Origin: the human T2T-CHM13v2.0 reference genome, Homo sapiens
Direction: 5' to 3' (one strand)
Assembly: GCF_009914755.1 (NCBI RefSeq)
Contig: NC_060931.1
DNA: 64,000 nucleotides
The notes under the pieces were generated by a model. It was not told the DNA's origin and ran no database searches. It saw only the letters and a list, made by a program, of their open reading frames with translations. The position numbers and the translations under genes are program-made. This document shows positions 40,487 through 54,897 of this stretch, in pieces (positions within the stretch are counted from its first letter, which is position 1; each line of letters opens with the position of its first letter).

Positions 40487-40938
40487 TAGACTGGATTCAG
40501 AACACGCTACCTCAAAATATGGCAGGGTGGCCCTCGAGAAAACGGCAGAAGCAGACCACAGAAACCAGAATTCCCCCAGCCCCTTCTCCTCGGAGGCAGG
40601 TCATAAGACCCTCATTCCAGAGGGGCCTCCCTATGCCCAGAGGGGAATGTCCTTATCTCCGAAGACACAGAAGCAGCTAGAAGACTCCAGACAGGCCTTG
40701 CTGAGCCCTTCAGCCTATGACATCAGAGCACGCCCTTTGCCCTCCGATCACACTTCTGCACAACTGTCCATAAAAACAGGCTTCCCTGTTTCCTGGGTCT
40801 TCATTTCTGAAGGCTCCCATGTGACATAGAAAACCGGTATTAAATAAGTGGGTAGGGTTTTCTCTTATTAATCTGTCTTTTGTTACAAGTCTCAGCCATG
40901 AACCTGGAGAGGGGTGAGAAATTACTTTTTCCCCACTA
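40487..40938 (+). mobile_element. ERV1 solo LTR (MER34/MER39-like)
   Basis: ggattcagaacacgctacctcaaaatatggc start; ttttctcttattaatctgtcttttgttaca 3' region. Confidence 0.65.
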
Positions 40939-41497
40939 TGGTATATAAATCTTTTATTTGAGGGCTATGGGGGTGTCTCTTGTGCCATGAAAGCATGATT
41001 CATTTATTCTTGTATCCACTCACTCAATAAATAATTTCCCACTGATAGCCTTTGCTGCTTGCTGTGGCCGAAAATCCAAATAGGGTTAATCACATAGCTT
41101 CAAAGAATTAGGGAGACACTCTGGATTTGAATATTCTAAAGTCTTCCACTTTGGGGACAACGCTAGTGCTTTTAGTACCTAAGTTGCAATGGGAGGTGAT
41201 TGTTTGCTGGAAAAACTCCCAAATCTGAGAGGGACAAGCTTATTGTTCTGCTTTGTGCCCAGATGGTGGAGCCAGCATTTTCAACCATCTTGTTTTGTGT
41301 TGGGTTGAATGTCCTGGGAGGGAGCCCATCTGTCTGGGGTCAGGGAAGTAACCCCTTATTAAAGAAATGCAATTCTCTGGCTATATCCTTCACTATGCTT
41401 ACCTCCTTGCCTAACTGTATCCTCAGTTCTTTTTTCTTTCTTTTAAAAAACAGCTTTATTGAAACATAATTCATATACCACATAACTCAGCCTTTTA

Positions 41498-41813
<316 letters not shown>

Positions 41814-42000
41814 CTGTAAGAGTCAACGGTTTTCTGAATGTTCAGAGTTCCGTGACCACCTCACCGTCCACCTCAGAGCCTCTCAGTACCACCAAAGGGA
41901 ACCTGCCCCTCTGCCATCACTTCCCATGCCCCCAACACTTTCCCCAGCCCTACACGGCCACAACCTACTTTCTGTCTCTACCGACTTACCTCTCCTGGAC

Positions 42001-42314
<314 letters not shown>

Positions 42315-42986
42315 CTCCTGGACATTTTGTATAAATGAAATCATGTCCCCCGTGACTTTTGTGACTCGGTTTCTTCCTCTGAGCACGGCGATTCCCAGGT
42401 TCCTCCGCGTCAGTGTGCCGGTGCTTCCTGCCTCCCTTTCCACGGCCGGACAGCACTCCACCATCACAGACGTCCTCGGTTCCTGGTGGTTTTCTGCCCT
42501 CTTCAGTGGAGAAAGGGCTTGGAATAGAAGAAGCTGCAGTTGGAGACGTGAAGGCTGTGGCTGTGACGCCGCCACGGGGAGTCGGCTGCAGGAGGAGCCT
42601 CCCCACCATCAGCGTGGCCGGCGGAGTGAGCCACGAGCGCAAGGGCACCCCTCCCAGCCGCTGTTGCTGTGGCCCCGGCCGCCAGCGTCCCGGGAGGGCA
42701 CCTGCGGAGGGAAGGCAGACACCCTGCAACGGCCCGCAGGCCCGTGTCACCTGGGCCACCGAGCGCAGGGCTTGTGGGTCGTCACAGCATAATTCAGCCT
42801 TGAGCCACGAGACACGGAGCCGACAGGTGTGTAGCTGAGCCATCCTCCCCCACCTGTCAGTCACCATTCTTCCACCTCCCTCCAAACGGAGAGCGCGACT
42901 TGCTCCTCTTGCCCTCCTGGACGTCCGGGATTTCCGCCCCTGGGCTCCAGCGCTATGGTGTGGTCGTCCTGACGCACTCTTAGAAG

Positions 42987-43302
42987 CTCGGCCACCCCTC
43001 TGCGCCCCTCCTGCTCGGCCACCCCTCTCTGCGCCCCTCCTGCTCGGCCACCCCTCTCTGCGCCCCTCCTGCTCGGCCACCCCTCTGCGCCTCTCCTGCT
43101 CGGCCACCCCTCTCTGCGCCCCTCCTGCTCGGCCACCCCTCTCTGCGCCCCTCCTGCTCGGCCACCCCTCTCTGCGCCCCTCCTGCTCGGCCACCCCTCT
43201 CTGCGCCCCTCCTGCTCGGCCACCCCTCTCTGCGCCCCTCCTGCTCGGCCACCCCTCTCTGCGCCCCGCCTGCTCGGCCACCCCTCTCTGCACCCCTCCT
43301 GC
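42987..43302. repeat. 29-bp C-rich VNTR, about 11 copies
   Basis: ctcggccacccctctctgcgcccctcctg. Confidence 0.93.
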
Positions 43303-44419
43303 ACAGGCCTCTCCTCCTTTCTGAGCTCAAAGGGAATGGTGGTTCCTTCATGTGCCTCCTTCCCACCTCTCTTGTCCTTTTAGCAGGAACATGCTCACGT
43401 GAAAAACTGGAAAACCAGAGAAATATGAAGAAAATAAAAGTCACTACCCAGAGAGAGCCACTATTCACAGTGTGGTGTATTTCTTTGAGCTTTTTCTGCT
43501 ATCCACATTTTCGCACGGCTGTCATCGTATTAGATGCTCAGTTTTGGATCCTGAGTTTTTCATTTACTTTCTCCCACCTGCATTTTCCGACGTTATTAAC
43601 AACTTTTTGAACACTTCTCTTTTAATGTCTGCTTAACATTTGAATCATGTGACCATAACATAGCTTTAAAGAAGCATTCTCCTTTGTTTAATATTAATGA
43701 TTTGTCTACTGTTTTAAAATTAATACAAACACCACTGCAGAGAGCAGCTTTGTGCTTCAAGTTTTCTTTAGTATTTTGGGTAATGGATTATTTTATTGGG
43801 GCATATTCTCACACATCAGATTGCCGGGTCACGGGCCACCTCCCTTATGTGGCGTGAACGTGCTGGCCAGTCAGCGTCCATCACGATCACGTCAGGCCAT
43901 GCTCCCACCAGCAGGGCGTGAAAGCGACCAGCTCACTTCCCGACATAAGCGTGATCTATTTTAATCTTCATAGATTTGTTTTCCTTTTTTCTATTGTGGA
44001 GTAGTTGATTATTATGCCTTTAGAATGTTTAGGACATACCACCTGTGTTTGGATGTGTCCCATTTAAAGTTATCAACCATGAAATCAAATCCGCTTTAAA
44101 AATTCTTTGAAACCTGTTTTCCTCATATTTAGGATGCCCATGTAACAGCATCTAAACTCTCTTTTCTACAAGCTGTTCCAGGATTATGTGATTGCTTTAT
44201 CTTAAGCTTTCTCTTCCAGAACCCTTACAGTTTTTTCTATAATAACCAAAGTTACTCCAGAGTTATGAATTACCAAGGAATTGACCCCCAGGGTCACTTT
44301 AAAGTTTCCAATCACGACTTCCTCCTGAGGGAGCTGGCCTAAAACCCTTACAGCTGAAGCATTCGATTACGTTAAATGAGCATGTGCAGAGGCTGCAGTT
44401 TCATAGTTCCAATTGCATA

Positions 44420-45140
44420 TTGTGGTAAAATATACGTCACATTAAAATTTACCATCTTAGCCATTCTTAAGTGTACAGTTCGGTGGTGTTAATTACATTC
44501 ACACTGTTGATCAGTCATCACCACCGTCTATTCCCAGAACTCTTCCATCGTCCCAAACTGAAACTCCACCAATTAAACACTGACACCCCAACTGTCCCCC
44601 AGCCCCTGGCCCCATCACTCTACCTTCTGTCTCTATGAACTTGACTATCTTTAGTACGTCACATGCGTGGAATCATTCAGTATTTGTCCTTTTGTGACTG
44701 GCTTATTTCACTCAGCATAACAGCCTCAAGCTCCCCCCATGTTTCAGCGAGTGTCAGCACTCACTTCCTCTTCAAGGCTGCGTACTATTCCATCATGTGG
44801 ATGGACCACGTTTCACTTGTCCATTCGCCCATCAGTGGACACTGGGCTGCTTTCGCCTTTGGCTGTTGTGCATTAACTGCTATGAATATGGGTGTGCAAA
44901 CAGCTCTTCAAGTCTCTGCTTCCTGTGTTATGGGGTACGTACCCAGAAGTGGGGTTGCTGAGGCAAATTAAAAACTCTATTTTTAATTTTTTAGGAAACC
45001 ACCATACTGTTTCCCTCAGCAACGACGCCATTTTACATTCCCATCAGCAGCGCACAAGTGTTCAATTTCTCCACATTCTCACCAACACCGATTTTCAGGG
45101 GTTTTTTAATACTAGCCATCCTAATGGGTGTGAGGTGGTA
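44420..45140 (-). mobile_element. L1MB-type 3' end
   Basis: ttgtggtaaaatatacg...tttaccatcttagccatt...tgtgactggcttatttcactcagcata...tagccatcctaatgggtgtgaggtggta. Confidence 0.85.
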
Positions 45141-45384
45141 TGTTTATCTTTTGACTTTCTTTTTATTAATAACCTCTGTTGGGCTTTTAAAAAACATATC
45201 CAAGCTTGATAAGATTATATATTCCTACACGTACCTTAAGAAAAGAGAGGGGGAAAGAGAGAGAGTGAGCCAGAGGGAGAGAAAGAGACCCTGCGGCTGG
45301 TGACAGAATGTTCTAGACTCGCAGCCGCCCCCCACCGCACCCTGGGCTGCCGCACCCCTGGCCCGCCAGCCTCGGGCTAAACCA

Positions 45385-45398
45385 GTCACCATGGCAAC
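45385..45398. promoter_or_regulatory. Candidate RFX X-box GTCACCATGGCAAC
   Basis: Near-consensus match to GTTNCCATGGNAAC in unique, GC-rich non-repeat sequence about 2 kb into intron 2. Confidence 0.5.
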
Positions 45399-46562
45399 CA
45401 TAAATCTGAGCCAGCACAGGAACCACTTCTCCTATCGCTCCCCGTCAGCCTCGCAAAGCGCAGTTTTCTAAGACTGGGCACCACTGGCTTCGCTGTTTCC
45501 TAGACCTTCAGTGCATCATAAAAAAAAAAAATCAAATATCATCTGTTTCTACAAATCAAGGCCTGAATATGTGTATTTACATTTAAATTGCTTTTCCTTT
45601 CCAAGGAATCCACAGTCATTATCTGGATATGATGTTGAGACGACTCTATGTCTGGGAGGCAAGTCAAGGTTGAGGAGAAAAATGTCTGAGAATGATCACA
45701 GTCGGACACCCAGGCCGGCCTTTGTCAAGGAGCCGGGGAGACAGCCTCGGCTTTTATTCTGCTGGGGCTACTTACGGCTCCAATTAAATTAAACACACAC
45801 ACCTGCTTCCATTATCATCAAAAGCTGTTGAGTCCAGGCAGACGACGTAGGATTTTCAATATCGCTATTTTTCTTAAGGCTGCCTCCAAATTAAAGCTGC
45901 ACGGAGTAGATGCCAGGGAGCCCCAGGGGGTCCTAGGCTGGGCCAGAACCTCACCCACCACCCACACTGCACCCCACGAGCTGCCGGTTCCCACTTGTCA
46001 CACTCGGCACAGGAATCTCCCGAAAGAAGAGAAAACAGCAGAAGCTGCCGCCGCTGAGGACCTGCTCTCCTCTTGGCGCCTCCACCGTGGCTTCCCTTCC
46101 CGACCCCAGAAGCTGCCTAGGCACAGACACAGAGGTGCCCCCAGCCCCAAAATTCCATCCGGAACCCAGGGCTGGTCCCACCTCAGGGCGCACGAGCTCC
46201 TCGGTTTCGCTTCTCAGACCCTCAGAGGCATTCACCTCGGCTCCCCCTGGATGCACCAGTGCAGGGGAGGCCTGTCCTGAAAGGCCCCAGGAGGGCGGCA
46301 CCCCAGGCCAGCGCCCTGCCCTGCACCTCAGTCCCCCGCCGGCACCCACGTCTGTGCAGAGATTAGTGGGTGCGAGGGGCCTCTGGGCAGGCCCCGCCAT
46401 CCTCGCTAGGATTAAATCCGCTCCTGCCCACAGTCTGAGGACAGATGCGCAGGGAGCTGGGGAAAGAGAAGGCCTCGCTCAGTGCGCCCCGGGCCCACAC
46501 GCAGCCCCTGACTTGGAGAAAGGCGGCTCCGCCCAGCGCTTTTCTGAGGATACTGGAGTTTA

Positions 46563-47120
<558 letters not shown>

Positions 47121-47169
47121 GGATGAAAAACTTGCCGAAGGACAGAGCAAAACAAAATCAGAAAGCAAG

Positions 47170-48330
47170 GGTTGGTGCGAGCGATGGGCGCCCAGAACCC
47201 GGGCAACCTCTTCTCCCCACCCACCGAGGCCGCAGCCCATGGCTCCGGGGTTCCATCCGCCTCCTCTCGGCAGCGCGCCCCGGGCGGCCCCAGCTCCAGG
47301 CCAGCGGCGGGGCTCACCAGGCTGGGCGCTGCGCACGGCGGGCAGGAGAGGGGCAGACCAGGGCGCAGCAGCCAGGACCCCACACTCACCGTTCACACAG
47401 GCCTCGGACGCTCCGCAGAGGCCCTCCTCGAGCAGGCAGCCTGCGGGGAAACAGAGAAGAGACGCGGTCAGCTGGAGGGGAGGAGGGGGGTGCCCCCGAG
47501 GCTGCCTTCCTGGCCCCCTGGTGAATTTCAGAGAAACCGCCGGTCAAGCAGGCTCCTCCGACCCGGCTTTTCCGAGATGGGGCCGATTATTCTGAAGCCA
47601 GAACGCTGCGCCCCTGACCCGGCCACGTGCGAGGCCTCCTGGCCTAGTCCCGGAGCCCAGCTCTCACCTGGACCAGGCCCACAGCTCTGGGCTGAGGGTC
47701 AAGCCGGCGTCATCACAGGAGACTCTCTGGCCGCGGGAGCAGCAGCGGGGCCGGGGCCTCCCCTTGAGGCCTCCCCTGGGCCCGGCGCCTCCCCTGGACC
47801 GGGTGCTCACCGCACGCACCGCGTCCCTGGAAGCAAGGCTGCCGGGCGCCGGGGAGCGGAGGCTTCCAGGGAGGTAACGAGCTCCGCGGGGAGCCCGGCT
47901 GCGTGGGAAGCAAACCGTGGCGTCCGTGGCCACAGACAAGAGACGCAGGAGAGGGTCGGGAGAGGAAAGGAGGCAGCGGAGGCAGCAGAGACGAAGACGG
48001 GCAGGAAAGGCCAGCGCGGCTGGGCCAGGCCCTGGAGGAGACGCGGGGCAGAGGCAGCGCCTCAGTCCCCACCCAGGAAGGGGCTCCAGAAGCTCCGCGG
48101 TGCCTGGGTGGCCAGGCGACCCCAAGCCACGCATCCCCCGCGGCCGAGCAGGCTGGCAAAGGTTGGCGTTCGGCTCCACGTCCACGCCTGTCTTAAACAC
48201 AGAGAGATGGGTCCAGAAAGCACCACCCCGCTAGGGAGCGGCTCCCGCGAGGGCGTGAGCACCCTGGACACCAGAACCGGGAGGGCCCCAGGGCCACTAG
48301 GCGGGAGTCGCACCGCCAGCAAAGGCCAGG
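47170..48330. promoter_or_regulatory. Intragenic CpG island spanning exon 2
   Basis: Visibly very high GC content and dense CpG (gcgcgccccgggcggcc, cgccggggagcgg, ccgcggggagcccgg). Boundaries estimated by eye. Confidence 0.8.
47390..47440 (-). CDS. PTPRN2: PTPRN2 (receptor-type tyrosine phosphatase N2 / IA-2beta / phogrin) coding exon 2, 51 nt, phase 1-1
   Basis: Minus strand reads ctgac(branch)-cgcgtctcttctctgtttccccgcag|GCTGCCTGCTCGAGGAGGGCCTCTGCGGAGCGTCCGAGGCCTGTGTGAACG|gtgagt. Translation (G)[16 protein letters not shown](D) matches the N-terminal Cys-rich region of PTPRN2 as I recall it (..[28 protein letters not shown]..). Acceptor and donor are canonical. Confidence 0.97.
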
Positions 48331-49133
48331 TGTGGTGTGAACGCGCAGTGTCTTTCACTCATTCCTGCAAAGCACAGTGCCTTCAATGCTGCTTCACCAG
48401 CCGACAAACGCCTGTTCATCCGCTAAGATCCCTGTGGAAGCCCCAGACTCTCCCGGGGCTGCCCAGGCGTCCTTTTCGGGACTCGCCACACTGTGCAGTG
48501 ACTGTGGATTGAGTGTGTATTTCCCTCTCCTGGAGTTCAGGAGCCGGGCACACGCCTGTTTCCACCCTCTACTGTTTCCTCCCATGCCCTCTGTGTGTCT
48601 GGCACAGGGCAGGTGCCCAGGAGCAAATGGGTGAACAAAGAAACTGAGGAATCTGGAGAAAGTTATGAATTACTGAGGGATTCACCCCCAGGGTCACGTT
48701 AAAGTTTCCAGTCACTACTTCCTCATGAGGGAGCTGGCCTAAAACCCTTACAGAGGAAGCCCTTGGTTGCCTTAAACCAGCACGTGCGGAGGCTTTAAAA
48801 CTAAACGTCATTCCAGACCTAAGGCAGCACAGAGCCTAGCAGGACCCAACGCTGGGAGTTCACAGGAGGAGGCAGCCTCGCTCGTCTCACAACAGCTTCA
48901 CGAGCCTTCCACAGTTGCAGGGCGGCCCCTGGCTGGGATCTGCTTCCTCCCAGGAGGTGGCCTAGGTGCAGCCCTGGCCTGCCCAGCCAGTGCCTGCCCA
49001 GCCCAGTGCCCACCACCATCGCCTGCCAGCAGTCACAGGCGGGTGGACACCCCACCCATTGACGGGAGCCTCCAATCCAAGCAGAGATTGTTTTTGGTTT
49101 GGGGGAGTTTTTGTTTGTTTTGTTTTGAAATAA

Positions 49134-49607
<474 letters not shown>

Positions 49608-50871
49608 TGAACAGCAGGAGGAGAGGCAGACACCACTCCCCACAAAAGCAGTGACCTTGAAAAGGTCAGCATGGAGGTTAGAGGTCCTCTCAGATCCTCA
49701 CGCAGTGACCTCCAAGGCTCCCCTCACTGCCTCCCAGAGGGAGAGCCTCAGCTGTGAGGGCCCCTCCCGCCCCAGGCACACAGAGGCGCACAGAGAAGGA
49801 GCTGGGAGCAGTAAGGATGTGACCACACCGGAGATGTGCTGGAGGTTAGTCCGATGTCGTGGAACGTCCCTGGTCCCGGCTCTGGCAGGAGCTGCAGGAC
49901 TCTGCTCAGGATTCTAGGGTGCATCTCCAGCGTGGAGGAACAGAGACCTTGGGGGAAGGCAGATGCAGGGATGCTGCAGACACAGCTCACGTTCTAACTC
50001 CATGTTTGTCACGTGGAAATGGCAGATGACGGAGCTCTGCTAGGAGAGGCACCGGGAAGAAAGCCCCTGTTTTCTTCCCATCTCTGCCTTAATCGTGGCT
50101 GACAGTTAGATGTGATCTGAATGAGATGTGCATCAAATGATCTCTTGGATCCTGACCTTGGAAAACCACCTGTTACTGGCATGTGCCCAACCTGATTCGT
50201 TACTCCAGAGGACTGATGAGAAGTGACAGTGGAAAACCTGCAGCACTCCTTGGTGAGAGGCAAACACAGCAGCAGCATTTCACATGATTACCAGAGCTGC
50301 AAATGTTATGCATATTTCACCCAGCCAGTGGATATGCTAATTTGACTGCTAAGTTATTTGTTCTAAAATTACGAAAGAGCAAATTTCATTTTAAGTATCA
50401 GCCACCTACTAATAGTAATTATGACCATAAATCATCCAGAGAAAAGACATTTTCTCTGGCAGACACTGGTTCAACCCAGCCCAGGCGCCTCGGGCACACG
50501 CCTTCCTCGAGTGGGCTCCACACCCGCCATGTGGCGGCAAGTGGCATCCTGGACTTGTGTACCCTGTCGGCTCACAGACTGCATACACTAAGGTCCAGAT
50601 GTCATTCTGAGGCCAAGAAGCTAAATCCACAAGGAAAGCCAACAGCGGCCTGTGGGGCCCTTAACCTTGTGTGCCCAGCACTTAAAACTGGAATTCCTTC
50701 ACTTCAATGTATTATCCACCCTTTTGCATGAAAACATGTGACATTCCCCAAATTCTCAAATTGCTCCTCTGCTGAACCCTATAGCAGGGCTGTGGTGCTC
50801 AGGGGTTCCTCCTCACTCTGTATTCACAGGGTATCCCTCCTGCTTCAGCACAGAGACAAGCACATCCAGTC

Positions 50872-51600
50872 ATGAATGCATGTGCACACATATACACACA
50901 TGCACCCACAAGCATGTGCACACATATACATACACACATGCACACTCATACATGCATGCAGTCATGCCCATTCACAGGCACACTCATGCCTGCACACATA
51001 CACACACGCACACCTGCATGCATACACACATGCACACACTCATACATGTGAGCATACACCTGCAGACACGTACACGTATGCACACACGTACATGGGTACA
51101 CTCATGCATGCATGCAGTCATGCCCATTCACAGGCACACTCATGCCTGCACACATACACACACGCACACCTGCATGCATACACACATGCACACACTCATA
51201 CATGTGAGCATACACCTGCAGACACGTACACGTATGCACACACGTACATGGGTACACTCATGCATGCATGCAGTCATGCCCATTCACAGGCACACTCATG
51301 CCTGCACACATACACACACGCACACCTGCATGCATACACACATGCACACACTCATACATGTGAGCATACACCTGCAGACACGTACACGTATGCACACACG
51401 TACATGGGTACACTCATGCATGCATGCAGTCATGCCCATTCACAGGCACACTCATGCCTGCACACATACACGCACACCTGCATGCATACACACATGCACA
51501 CACTCATACATGTGAGCATACACCTGCAGACACGTACACATATGCATGCACGTACATGGGTGCACGTATGCACACGTACATGGGTACACTCATGCATGCT
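50872..51600. repeat. RY-alternating (CA/TG-rich) repeat organised as a 156-bp unit x about 4
   Basis: 52-aa periodicity in ORF 50876; cactcatgcatgcatgcagtcatgcccattcacagg... recurs every 156 bp. Confidence 0.92.
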
Positions 51601-53839
51601 GATCTTGTTCTGATTCTGCTTCCCTACTGTGTCCTCAGAACTCTAAGCAGTATCTTGTCACCATTGTGGTGCCCCTTTTTTCTTACCCTTCTCAAGATGA
51701 AAATGGATCCAGTTTTGCAAGGAGTCAGGCTGGATCTGCCTCTCTTACCCCAATCACTCCTAAGAGATGTTTATGGAGAGTTTGTTGTTCATTGTGGAAA
51801 TACAGTAAATGTGAACAGAGCCCACCACCTCTCTCACTGGCTGGGAGGAAGCTCGGCACATCCTGTACCACATGCACCTGCTCTGCTTCCTCCCATCTCT
51901 GGGCGTCGCTGTGGCCAAGGCAGACATGGCCTAAAAATCCATGGCCCCTGCCCAACCCTGTCTCTACCACCACCGTGGAAGGCCCTTCCTGGGTTCAGGC
52001 TTCTCGCCTGACTGCCATGAGGGCAGAGAAAGGCTGTCATCAGCAGCAGGATGCACACGCCTTCTGAAATGTGTGCTACACTTTCCACTGAGGCCCATAA
52101 AATCCAGCTGATGTGAGCTGGCATCCCACAGCAGGAACCAAAGAGGGAGGAGGGGAGGTTCCTGGACAGCAGGCTCAGCACCGGCACCTGTTGCCTCCAA
52201 GCTGCAGACAGGACTCCTCAGAAGCCTGTGAGCTGCTGGCCACTCACTAATCACCCTTCCTGAGAGGGGCTCACTGAAGACCCTGCTTTGAGGCTGGAAT
52301 GACCAAGGCCCTGGGATCCAACTGCAAACAGGAAAGCATCTTCCCAGACAGCACCAACACACACAGCAACGGGAACGCCAGGACCCCGTGGCTGTGCAAA
52401 CATGGAGATGCAGGTCTGTTGGGGAAGTTGCTGAACCTGAACTGGGACAGCCCCTGAGAAGGGGATGCGGGGGCTTCACCTGTGTCAGCACCACTCACTT
52501 GGTACAAGGAACACACACAGATTTCCTCATCTAAAAAATATAACGAAGCAGAGTGAAGTAATCTATACCCAGCCTTTTCCTCCCTGGCCCCGCCAGCCTC
52601 CCCCGCTCTTCAGAGCTCACAGACTCCACGCCCAATCCGACCCTGTTACTGTCAGTCACTCTGTGTCTTTGTCCTGTCCCCCTCTACAGCCTTAAAAAAA
52701 ACCATGCCAGCACCCCAGGAACCCCAGTCCCTACTGCCTGGAGCAGGTCCTTTGATGACAGATGTCACCTGCAGCAGTGGCAGTCTCACCACCGTGGGTT
52801 TCAATGCCAGAGCCCATCCCAGATGTGATTCCTGTCAAAGCCATGTTTCCCACCTCTCCCTGCAGAAAACGCTAGGGCTTACGACAGCCTGAGGCTCTGG
52901 GGTTATGTTAAATCACATTTTTTCCTAGGAACGAACGCATCATCATAGAAAAGGAAGGTGCAGTGTTTGAAGAGATGCTCTTTTTAAACATCATCCTCAT
53001 TTTTAACATTCTGGAGAGAGAGCAGGGTGCCCAGGCTCCAACCCCACCTCCTCTGCAGCAAACACAAAGCCATGCACCTGGCAAAGCCTCCCTTCTCCCT
53101 TGCATTCTCAGATGTAAATGAGGATGCGCCCTGCCCACTGCAGGGGGGGTAAGAGTGAAGCGCCTGCCTGCTGGCAGGTGGGCATTGCCTGGGCCATAGC
53201 TACCCCCCAATCTCAGCATCCCCTCCTGGCAGCACAGACCCTTGGGACCAAGGAGTCCCCACACCCCACTGAGGTTTTCTAAATGTTTCCATCGGATCGA
53301 AAACAACGTGTTAAACCAGGGCGGCATCCAGGCAGGAATAGAAAGCCATTTCCACATTAAGAACCCCTATTCTAGGAATCAGCCTGAAAAGTGAGAGATT
53401 AAAGCGCCTCAGCCCGGAGGCGGGGCTGCCTCTGCCAGGCTGGGCGTGGGAGGACAGAGACCCCCAGACCCTCATCTCAGGCAGCCCTGCGGTCAGGGCA
53501 TCTGGCTTCTGTGGCCCAAGGCTCAAATGAAAGCTGTGATTGCAATTTCAAAGACAAAAGGAAGAGGGAGAGAGGGAGGAGGAAGGCTCCTCCCAGATCT
53601 GTCTCTGACAAGAGGGAGGCAGCCCTGGCAGCTCCTGCCAGGCCTGATTGCCCATCCCTGACTGTGGCTTGCGGACAGGGCTTGGGGGGCAGCAGGGGGC
53701 AGCAGGAGACAGCGCTCAGCCCCTCTGCTGAGAGCCTATGACCAAGGGACCTGGCAGCGGCCTGGACGGAAGCCAGCCCACCTCCACATGAGAGGGACTG
53801 ACTGCTTCCCTGAAAGCCCAGTCCCAGTCTGGGGACAAC

Positions 53840-54897
53840 CCCTGCAGTGTCCCCCTTCCCTGCAGCCTCCCCCTTCCCTTCAGCCTTCCCTCCCCTTCCC
53901 TGCACCCCTTCATCTTCCCTGCACCCCCTCCCCTTCCCTGTGCCCCCTCTCCCTTCCCTGCAGCGTCCCCCTTTCCTGTGGCCCCTCCCCTTCCCTGTGC
54001 CCCCTTCCCTGCGCCCCTTCCCCACGCCCCTTCCCCCTTCCCTGCGCCCCCCTTCTGAGCCCCCTCCCCTTCCCTGCAGCCTCCCCCTTCCCTGCGCCCC
54101 CTCCACCTTCCCTGAGCCGCCCTCCCCTTCCCTGCTCCCCTTCCCCCTTCCCTGCGCCCCACCTTCCCTGCAGCCTCCCCTCCCCTTCCCTGCACCCCTT
54201 CCTCTTCCCTGCGCCCCCTCCCCTTCCCTGCAGGCCTCCCCCTTCCCTGCAGCATCCCCCTTCCCTGCGCCCCTCCCCTTCCCTGCGCCCCCTCCACCTT
54301 CCCTGAGCCGCCCTCCCCTTCCCTGCTCCCCTTCCCCCTTCCCCCTTCCCTGCACCCCTCCCCCTTCCCTGCAGCCTCCCCTCCCCTTCCTTGCACCCCC
54401 TCCACCTTCCCTGTGCCCCCCTCCCCTTCCCTGCTCCCCTTCCCCACGCCCCCTCCCCCTTCCCTGCAGCCTCCCCTCCCCTTCCCTGCACCCCTTGCTC
54501 TTCCCTGCACCCCCTCCCCTTCCCTGTGCCCCCTCCCCCTTTCCTGCAGGCCTCCCCCTTCCCTGAAGCATCCCCCTTCCCTGCACCCCCTCCCCTTCTC
54601 TGCAGCCTCTCCCTTCCCTGCGCCCCCTCCCCCTTCCCTGCGCCCCCTCCCCCTTCCCTGCGCCCTCTCCCCCTTCCCTGCGCCCTCTCCCCCTTCCTTG
54701 TGCCCCCTCCCCTTCCCTGCACCCCCTCTCCCTTCCCTGCGCCCCCTCCCCTTCCCTGCGCCCCCTCCCCCTTCCCTGCTCCCTCTCCTCCTTCCCTGCG
54801 CCCCCTCCCCTTCCCTGAGCCCCCTCCCCCTTCCCTGTACCCCTTCCCCCTTCCCTGTGCCCCTTCCTTGTTCCCTGCGCCCCTCCCCCTTCCCTGG
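53840..54897. repeat. About 1.05-kb C-rich (CCCCTTCCCTGC-core) low-complexity minisatellite
   Basis: cccttccctgc recurs throughout, with extreme strand asymmetry. Confidence 0.95.

Noticed and set aside
47172-48512. 446-aa + strand ORF antisense to exon 2
   Set aside because: Non-ATG start, low-complexity A/G/P/R composition and no recognisable domain; expected from stop-codon scarcity in a CpG island.
50876-51613. His/Thr-rich 245-aa ORF
   Set aside because: Translation of the CA-rich 156-bp repeat.
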